NCBI RefSeq assembly: GCF_009914755.1
Contig: NC_060940.1
Source of the DNA: the human T2T-CHM13v2.0 reference genome, Homo sapiens
Reading direction: 5' to 3' (one strand)
Length of the DNA: 64,000 nt
The notes beneath the pieces were generated by a model. That model made no database searches. It saw only the letters and a program-made list of their open reading frames with translations, and was not told the origin of the DNA. The position numbers were made by a program, and so were the translations under genes. Below are positions 52,495 to 64,000 of this stretch, piece after piece (the stretch's first letter is position 1; the number at the start of each line of letters is the position of its first letter).

Positions 52495-53280
52495 CATATA
52501 TACGGTTGATTTTTACATATTGATCTTGTATCTTGTAACCTTGCTGAACTTGTTCATTAGTTCTAATCAATTTTTAGTGGATTGCTTAGGATTTTCTCCA
52601 TATTAGAGCATACCATCTGTGAATAGTTCAACTCCTTTCTCTCCAATTTGGATGCCTCTTGTTTCATTTTCTTGTCTAACTGCCCTGGCTAGAAGCACCA
52701 ATACAAAGTAGAATAGAGATGGCATGAGTAGACATACTTGTCTTTTTCCTATCTTAGGAGAAAAGCATTCGGTTTTTCATGATTAAGTATGACATTAGTG
52801 GTGGGTTTTTCATGGATGTCCTTTATCAGATTGAGGAAGTTCCTTCTATTCTTAGTTTGCTAAGTGTACTCTGTTCTTTTTTATAGCTGAATAATATTCT
52901 ACTGTTTGGACATACATTTTGTTCATCTGTGTTTATCAGTTGAAAGTCATTTGAGTACCTCTACTTTTTGGATGAATAATGCTGCTATGAACATATGTGT
53001 GCAAGTTTTTGTGTGGATATATGTTTTCATTTTTTGTGGGTATATGCACAGAATTGTTAGGTTGTATACAGCTCTATGTTTAACTTTGAGAATCTGCCAA
53101 ACTCTTTTCCTATGTGGCTACACCATTCTATATCCAACCAGCAAGGTATGAAGGTTTCAACTTCTCCATACCCTTGCCAACACTTGCTATTTCCATCTTT
53201 TTAAATTATAACCATCCTAGTGGGTGTGAAGTATTATCTCACTGTGGTTTGATTTGCATCTCTCTAATGAATAATTATGT
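51400..53280 (-). mobile_element. Old L1M fragments (ORF2 and 3' region) with AluJ(-) 51640-51940, AluS(+) 52000-52296 and a chimeric Alu(+) 52305-52456
   Basis: gattgaggaagttccttctatt, gaataatgctgctatgaacat, tttgatttgcatctctctaatga; Alu arms read directly. Confidence 0.8.
52422..52502. repeat. A35-(TA)n compound microsatellite
   Basis: Seen directly. Confidence 0.95.
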
Positions 53281-54410
53281 ATTATAAGCTCTTTTAAATT
53301 AAGTATTGTTATTTTTAAATTATTACAGACATTTAATCAGACACTTAATTGGCCATAACTTAAGTAGAGGATAGCCTTAAATTACGTTGAAATCCTTGCC
53401 AGAAACCACAAAAACATATAAGCATAAGACTATTCATTGCAAGACTCTGTAATAACAAAAGACTAGAAGCAACCCAAATGTTATCAAAGAAAACTAATTG
53501 AACAAACTGGTAATTCATACAATGAAATACTTTGCATCCGAAAACAAAATAAATGAGGAAACTCTCAAATGAAAAAAAGTAGAGAAAATTGTATATGGTC
53601 TATTACCGTTAATCCAAGATACGCAAGATAAATAAAAATTTAAATGGGAACAAAAGCAATTCCCAAAAATAAATGAACCTAATGTGTCCAACTGGTAACA
53701 TTACTACAAACAGAAAAACTACTTCAAGTGACTTTAGAACACAGAAATTTGACTATACATTTCTAGTGAGATAAAATCTAATGACAAAAAAAAACTGCAA
53801 AAACAAAACAAAGCACAACAAGCCAATTTAAACCATTTGTACTAATCATACATACAATAGGTCAATGTATGTATTGTGAAATAAAATAAATGGATATTTA
53901 TATGACATCTCATCATTCCGGTGTTTTGTTCTTAGGAAGGTAGAAGCTTCAGATTTAAGATAACCTGAGAGTTCTAAACTTGATTTGTAAGTAGCTGTAC
54001 TGTTTCTAAAGTAAAGAAATAAAAATAAGACAAAGCAAAACATAATTATTTGCTCTATGTATTGATAAATCCTTGAAACAATAACCAACTCAGTAGCAAC
54101 TGGCATTCTTATCCCTAATGTCTTGAAATAATGTTTCCCACAGAAAGAAAGCAGGGCTTCCAGATTAGATGACTAATACCAGGTCTGGGACAGGAAATGT
54201 ACTAAAGGGGCCTGGAATGTTTTGTTATGCCATACAGGGATGGAAGCTAGCAAAGACTATTAAGGTCACTATCAAAATAACTAACTAATTTGAAGAACTT
54301 ATTTGTCAAAAATAAAACACTTTGAGAATCAATAAGGATAATGACTGCAATGGACTGAAACAACATCAAATGTTTAAATTCATGAGTTCATAATAAAAAA
54401 ATACAAATTA

Positions 54411-55292
<882 letters not shown>

Positions 55293-55414
55293 TCATTTCA
55301 TAACCATAAGTGTAATAAGTGTATCATAATCATAAGTGTATCTCTATCTTTTTAAAAAAATAATAATTTTATTACAGGGACGTTTATGTCTTCCTTTAAA
55401 GATTCAGAACTTTA

Positions 55415-55592
55415 ACTATGGTTTGACTCACAATTTTTTGCCTTTTATCATGGTGTGAAAGTGATATGCATTCCGTACAAACTACTCTGAGTACCCATAC
55501 ACCCATTCTGGTTTTCACTTCCAGTACAGTATTTGATAAACTACATAAGATATTCAACACTTTATTATAAAATAGACTTTGTGTTACATGAT
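55415..55592. repeat. Partial local copy of the MER47 element at 56741-56917
   Basis: Manual alignment: 8 substitutions and 1 indel over ~178 bp, same orientation. Confidence 0.92.
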
Positions 55593-56262
55593 CCTAGTGT
55601 ATCTAGGATATCAACAGCTACTAGCATCACAAAAAAAGAAAACCAGACCTTATGTGTCCCAAAATAAAACATCACTCTAATACAGTCTTGATAAGAAAAA
55701 CTATATATGTGAAATTGAAATCTGATTGTCTTCCGATAAAACTACCAATTTACAAGAAACACACAGGACAGAGGAACATGTTAAACTCTACTATGAGGAT
55801 GTAACCAGCAAAACCCATGAGTATGTGGGCAACATCCTCAGTTTCTTCAGCTCAGTTTCTTCAACAAATACATTCCAAGTAGAAAAATTGAAAAAAAGAT
55901 GGAATAGAAATCTGATGATTAAAAAGGACTAAGAGGCAGTGCCAACCAACTGCCATGTATAGACCTTACTGGATCCAAACAAACTGTAAACAATTAACCA
56001 AACTTATTAGACCAATTAGATATTTAAACACTGACTGGGTATTTGGTAATATCATGAAGACATTATTTTTTCTTAGGTATGTGAATAGTATGTAGTTATG
56101 TTTAAAAAGAAGAGATACATACTGAAATATTTATGGGTAAATATTTTTAGATATATATCAAAAATTTATGTGTAAAATTATATACAATACCTGAAATTTG
56201 CTTCAAAATCATATGCGGGAGTTAGGTAGGAGTACAGGTGATATATAAATAGTCATTAATGA

Positions 56263-56571
<309 letters not shown>

Positions 56572-56725
56572 TTACTGAAGTAGATTTAAAAAATGGACCA
56601 TGGTATTAAAAGAAATAATGATAAAAAATTCCTTAACAGAGTTTTCAAACCATTTTTCCCTTCAGTTTTAAAGCTTTTTGTTATTTTACTGAATCTCTGT
56701 TCTAAGCCCCTTTCTGGGAACAGAA

Positions 56726-57084
56726 AAGACTATGTCCCTTACTATAGTTTGACTTAGAATTTTTTGCCTTTATCATGGTGTGAAAGTGATATGCATTCAG
56801 CACAAACTACTCTGAGTACCCATACGCCCATTCTGGTTTTCACTTCCAGTATAGTATTTGATAAATTACATAAGATATTCAACACTTTATTATAAAATAG
56901 ACTTTGTGTTACATGATTTTGTCCAAGTACAGGCTAAGGTAAGTGTTGTGAGCACATTTAAGGTAGGCTAGGCCAAGCTTTGATGTTTGGTAGGTTGGGT
57001 GAATTAAATGCATTTTCAACGTATATTTTCAACTTACAATGCATTTATTGGGACATAACCCCATCATATGTCAAGGAACATGTG
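56726..57084. mobile_element. MER47A-like (Tigger family) MITE
   Basis: gatattcaacactttattataaaatag...taaggtaggctagg...aaatgcattttcaac...gggacataaccccatc. Confidence 0.82.
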
Positions 57085-57319
57085 TAGTAACTTGCTGAGT
57101 GCCTGCCACATACCCGCACATTCTCTCATGGCTCTGCATTCACTGTTGTGGAGAAGAAAGTTGAAAGAGATCACAGAGCGGGATATGGCCAGGGAGGAAT
57201 GTGAAGTCCTGGTCTGCCTAACTCCAGCCTTAAAGTCATATGAGCATGAGGTTCACAGCCTTGGTGTTAAAAAAAAAATCCAAGACATATCTCCAAGAGA
57301 AGTGTCCTCATGATGTATA

Positions 57320-57693
57320 AAAACATGATGGCACTGTTAGTCTCTCAGTTCTGACAAATGCACCATGGCTATGCAAGATGTTGGGTAAAAGTACATGGCA
57401 CTCTCTGTTCCATCTTTCCAACTCTTCTGTAAGTCTAAAATGTGCTTCTTTTCTTAAATGTGGTGGGGAAAGGGAAAAAGTGCTGTTTTAAAAGTTACTG
57501 CTTAAATGCAACAGGGTATCCGCAACTGGATCCTGGAATAAGATGCTAAAAGACACTTGTGGGAAAATGGGAAATTATAATAAAGAGTGGAGTTTGGATA
57601 ATAGTACCGTCCCATTGTTAATCTCTTAATTTTGACAAATGTACCACTGCCAAATATAAGATGTTAACATCAGAGAAAGCTGGGTGACACATG
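57320..57693 (+). mobile_element. L1MC-type 3' end fragments; the last piece resumes at ~61107-61200 beyond Tigger1
   Basis: tttgacaaatgtacca...gatgttaacatcagagaaagctgggtga | tataggaactctc... Confidence 0.7.
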
Positions 57694-58357
57694 CAGGGAC
57701 ACCTAGGAGATATTTTGGGTTCAGTTCCAGACCACAGCAATGAAGCAAATATCACAGTAAAGTAAGCCACACAAATTTTTTGGTTTCCTAGTGTATATGT
57801 AAGTTATGTTTACACTGCACTGTAGTCTATTAAGTGTGTAATAGCATTATGTCTAAGAAAAACAATGTACAGATCTTCATTTTAAAATATTGCTAAAAAT
57901 GCTGCTGATCATCTGAGCCTTCAGTGAATCAAAATCATTTTGTTGGAAGAAGGTCTAGCTTCAGTGTTGATGGCTGATGACTGATCAGGGTAGTGGTTGC
58001 TGAAGGCTGGGGTAATTGTGGCAATTTCTTAAAATAAAACAACAGTGAAGTCTGTCACATTGACTCCTCTTTCATGAAAGATTTCTGTAGCATGCAATGC
58101 TGTTTGATAGCATTTTACCCAGAGTAAAACTTATTTCAAAATTGAAGTCAATCCTCTCAAACCCTGCTATTGCTTTATCAACTAAATATATACTATTCTA
58201 AATCCTTTGCTGTCATTTCAACAATGTTGACAGCATCTTCACCAGGAGTAGATTCCATCTTAAGAAACCACTTTCTTTGTTCATCCATAAGAAGCAACTC
58301 CTCATCTGTCAAAGTTTTATCATAAAATTGAAGCAATTCAGTCACATCTTCAGGCTC

Positions 58358-58714
58358 TGATATGGTTTGACTCTGTATCCCCATCTAAATCTCACCCTGA
58401 ATTACAATAATCTCCATGTGTCAAAGGCAGGATAAGGTGGAGGTAACTGAATCATGGGGGCAGTTCCCCCATGCTGTTCTCATGATAAAGAGTGAGTCTC
58501 CTGAGATCTGATGGTTTTATAAGCATCTGGCATTTCCCCTGCTTGCACTCATTCTCTCTCCTGCCACCCTGTGAAGAGGTGCCTTCCGCCACGACTGTAA
58601 GTTTCCTGAGGCTTCCCCAGCTGTGCGGAACTGAGAGGCAATTAAATCTCTTTTCTTTACAAATTACCCAGTCTCGGCTATTTCTTCATAGCAGTGTGAG
58701 AATGGACTAATACA
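58358..58714 (+). mobile_element. THE1 (THE1D-like) MaLR solo LTR nested in Tigger1
   Basis: tgatatggtttg ... ggactaataca; TSD ggctc/ggcta. Confidence 0.9.
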
Positions 58715-59687
58715 GGCTATACTTCTCATAGTAGCTCTCTTGATATTTCCATTGTATCTGCAGTTACTTCCTCTACTGAAGTCTTGAATCCCTCAAAGTT
58801 ACCCATAAGGGTTGGAATAAACTTCTTCTAAACTCCTGTTCCTGTGGATATTTTGGCCTCCTCCCATGAATCACAAATGTTCTTAATGGCATCTAGGATA
58901 GTGAATTCTTTCCAGAAGGTTTTCAATAAACTCTGTCCAGATTCATCAGATAAATCACTATCTACGGCAGCTATAGCCTTATTAAATGTATTTAAGTAAT
59001 AAGACCATCACAGCTTGTCAGGAGTGAAAATAAACAAATAAACAAGTAACACTTCAAAGTTGAAATTACTTCTTGATCCATGGGCTGCAGAATGGATGTT
59101 AACAGTAAACAACACAACATTAATCTTCTTGTACACATCCATCAGAGCATATGGATGACTGGGTACACTGTCAATGAGCAGTAACATTTTGAAAGGAAAC
59201 TTTCTGTCTGAGCGGTATGTCTCAAAAGTGGGGTTAAAATATTCAGGAAACTATGCTGGAAACAGATGTGCTGTCATCTATGTTTTGTTGTTTCACTTAA
59301 AAAACACAGAGTAGATTATAATTCTTAAGGGCCCTAGGATTTTTAGAATGGCAAATGAGCACTGACTTCAACTTAAAGTCACCAGCTACATTAGCCCTTA
59401 GCAAAAGAGCCACCCTATCACTCGAAATTTTGAAGCCAAGCATTGACTTCTCCTTCCGAGCTAACTGAAGTCCTAGATGGCATCTTCTTCCAATAGAAAG
59501 CTATTTAAAAAAATAATAAGAAGAAAGAAAAAAGAAAAGGCTGTTTCATTTACACTGAAAATCTGTTGTTTAGTGTAGCCACCTTCATCAATTATCTTAG
59601 CTGGATCTTCTAAATAACTTACTGCAGCTTCCGCATCAGAACTTGCTGCTTCATCTTGTACTTCCATGTTATGGAAACAGCTGCTTT

Positions 59688-60328
<641 letters not shown>

Positions 60329-61239
60329 TGAAACAGCTTCTTTCTAAGGAAAGAATCTCATGAACAACCTCTGCTAACTTCAAACTTTTCTCCTGGAGCT
60401 TCCTCTCCCTCAGCCTTCATAGAATTGAAGGGTTAAGGCCTTACTCTGGATTAGGCTTTGGCTTAAGGGAATGTTGTGTGGTTGGTTTGATCTTATTCAG
60501 ACCATTCAAGCTGTCTTCAGATCAGCAATAAAGCTATTTCACTTTCTTATCATTTGTGCGTTCACTGGAGTAGCACTCTTAGCTTCCTTCAAGAACTTTT
60601 CTTTTGCATTTACAACTTGGCTAACTGTTTGGTACAAGAGGCCTAGCTTTTAGCCTGTCTTGGCTTTCAACATCTTTTCTTACTAACCTTAAATCATTTC
60701 TAGCTTTTGATTTAAAGTGAGAGATGTGACTCTTCCTTTTACTTGAACACTTAGAGGTCACTGTAGGGTTACTAACTAGCCTAATTTCAATATTGTTTTG
60801 TCTCAGGGAATACAACATTTACCAAATAAGTTTGTTATCCTATGTGGGTGTGGCTCATGGTGCTCCAAAACAATTACAATAGTATCACCAAGGATTACTG
60901 ATTGCAGACCGCCATAATAATATAATAATAATGAAAAAATTTGAGATATTATGAGAATTACCAAAATAGGACAGAGACATGAAGTAAATACAAGCTGCTG
61001 TTAAAATGGCACGGGTAGATATGCTCAACTCAAACCTTCAATGTGTAAGAAACACAGTATCTGTGAAGCACAGTAAAGCACAGTGCCATCAGATGAGGCA
61101 TGCCTACATATAGGAACTCTCCATGTCATTTTAGCAGCTTTTCTGAAATAATAATCTCTTCAGATATTCAATACAACATTATTCTAAAGCTTTTTTAATA
61201 AAAAAATGAAACAGCAAGTTATTAAGTAAAATAAATATT

Positions 61240-62100
61240 TTACATAAAATGAGGTAATTTATTAAAGCTTGATTCTTAACTAGGTATCTTTTAAATATTT
61301 TTTATGAAAATGAAAGTGATCATAAAGCACTTCTGCCAAGAGTGGGAGTCTCCAGGAAGAGCATTTGTACAACCAAATTACAAGCTGAATTACCTACTTT
61401 TCCCCCATGAACACCATTTTTACCTGAAAAAAATGACTGGCAGATAGACTATGGTTATTCATACTTAAGTATTCGACAGACATTTTCTCTTTTCTCGAAA
61501 GTGAACAATGTCTGTCTGTCCAAGACCTGACAGTATCTGCTGGCAGTGATAAATTCTGAGCTTTAGAATTTTGGAAAACTTGTTGCCTACCACCGTGAAC
61601 TAGACAGCTTCCTTGTGAAGACTTTTGATTGGCACTGATATTAATGAATGTGACTTGTTGAGAATGTCTAATGAAATCAGTCAACATTAGAAGAGCTGTA
61701 TAACCCAGTAATCAGCAGTTCTGAAATGATTAATGCATGCTGTTACATCACTGTTCACATTTGGCGTAGTATCACAAAAGGATAACCAAAATTATCAAAA
61801 CAGCTAGTAAAATACTCCTTCCTTTTCCAACTACATATTTGAGTGAGACTAAATTTTCTTTATATAATTCAGCCAAAACAACTGATTAAAATAGACTGAA
61901 TGGAAAAGCAGATCTGACACTCCAGCTATCTTCGATTAAGCGAGATATTAAAGAAATTTACAAAATCATGCTATTCTAAATTTTAAAAATATACTAGTTT
62001 ATTTTAATTTATTATACTATAAATAACAACAGTTATAACCCAGTCAATAATTTTGAAGAGCGTAAAGAGGTCCTGAGAACAAAAAGTTTGAGAACTACTG
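61240..62100 (+). mobile_element. Charlie1-family hAT transposon 3' remnant
   Basis: actatggttattcatactt..., ttagaattttggaaaacttg, terminal ggtcctgagaacaaaaagtttgagaactactg. Confidence 0.75.
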
Positions 62101-62713
62101 AGTCAGAGTAACATGCACACGAGCCTCTTTTCCAACAGGAAAAGAAAGCCAGATTCTTATTAACAGAGAATAATTCACACCACTGGTTCCAAAATAGCAA
62201 AGCTCTGCAGAGGCTAATACGCTGTGAAGGGGATTAAGTGCTGAATTTTTAGCTAGTCTATTCAATGATGCTGTTTTCCCCTAAGACTCTTAAGGGGTGG
62301 AAAAATAAGACAAAACAACAAAACCACCCAAAACTCATGCCTTGGATTTGCCAAATCACTAAACCAATCTTTCCTGAGACTCCAATGCAGTCATGACCTG
62401 TATGCAATTGCCCTAACCATGATCACCTCCACCTTGCACTTGGTACCAGTGCCCACCTTCTATCAGATTCTATTTTCCAGGATAACAACCCTAAGCAAAT
62501 TTGGAGACATATCAGGTTTTGAATTCAGAGCAAAACGATAACAGCCTCTGGCCCAACAGGGATATGCTTCACTGTCTTCTTGACCAAACCCAATTTATCT
62601 GAGTGCCAGTGTTTTATAAGTAACATCTACAGTTTTCAGTGTTTTATTTATTGTGCTATCAAACTTCACATTTGCATTGCTAATGGCTACTCTCCAAAGA
62701 AAGCTGAAAATGA

Positions 62714-62970
<257 letters not shown>

Positions 62971-63721
62971 CCAGATTTTGGTTTCTAATATTACTTTCCA
63001 CTAAAGGAACCAGGAACCTAGATGGGAAATGACTCCATGTCTTGGGGCAAAAAAAAATAAAGACCATTCTGGTATTTTCTAGCACTGCCAGAAAGTAAGA
63101 ATACTTTTCAGACTGCCAGAGTTAGTGTCAAAAGGACAAAGGAATCAGCTCAAAGACAATGCCATTAGCCAATCTATGACAATCTGAGCTTCAAAAAGAA
63201 AATAACTATGGTTAACTGAAGGAAACCGAAACAAAACTAATTTTGTAAAAATAATTTAGCACCAGAGGGTCCAAAACGGGTTTTTGTACATGGAAAGGAA
63301 TACTACCCCTCTTCTTATATCGCATTAACCCCCAATGGGAGCATAAGTTAAAGACAAAAACAGAGCATACATAACAATAACTTTCCTGTGGCTGAATAAA
63401 ATCCCTTCTAGTAGAAATTGTTGAAAATCAAGATAACTGGAAATTTGCCACTAGTTTACCCCAAACCACACAGAATAAGTCTTATTAATAATTGCATTTA
63501 TATTTTATCTCTTAAGATGTTTGATGTGCTTAAAAGAACAAGCTACCTTAATTTATATGTAATATTTAAGCAACGTTAATTTTCAATAGACAAATTTAAC
63601 AACTGACCATTAAACAAACCATAAAAATATTACAGGTAAGATGTTAAAAAGATTCACATAAGAATTCTTTTTTAAAAAGAAATAGTAAGAAACAGCAGTT
63701 GATCTTCCACACCATCTCTAG

Positions 63722-64000
<279 letters not shown>

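Overview
This is primate (most likely human) genomic DNA lying entirely within one minus-strand gene, CFDP1 (BCNT/Swc5 family). The only coding exon I can support is 159 bp at 7783-7941 (-). It encodes [52 protein letters not shown], the first part of the BCNT-C domain, with canonical AG/GT sites. The rest is intron: the terminal intron to the left and a very large intron to the right. These introns carry about 55 Alu elements plus L1/HAL1, L2, MIR, LTR16, MSTA, THE1, Tigger1/3/4, MER47, MER20, MER5, MER30-like and Charlie1 remnants. Essentially all ORFs in the supplied track are repeat-derived or chance. I found no evidence for a new gene system. The most notable signals are fine-scale scars of DNA repair and retrotransposition: (1) an interstitial telomeric array with a 5-bp flanking duplication that reads as (UUAGGG)6 in the pre-mRNA; (2) a locally templated ~250-bp insertion copying part of a nearby MER47; (3) a tailless U6 retrocopy with a 15-bp TSD; (4) a three-armed Alu from a recent 166-bp duplication; (5) several Alu pairs with triplicated TSDs; and (6) an Alu-free block with a CpG-retaining imperfect palindrome. 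Repeat family names come from memory of consensus sequences, and TE boundaries are approximate (about +/-10-30 bp unless a TSD/TIR is quoted).
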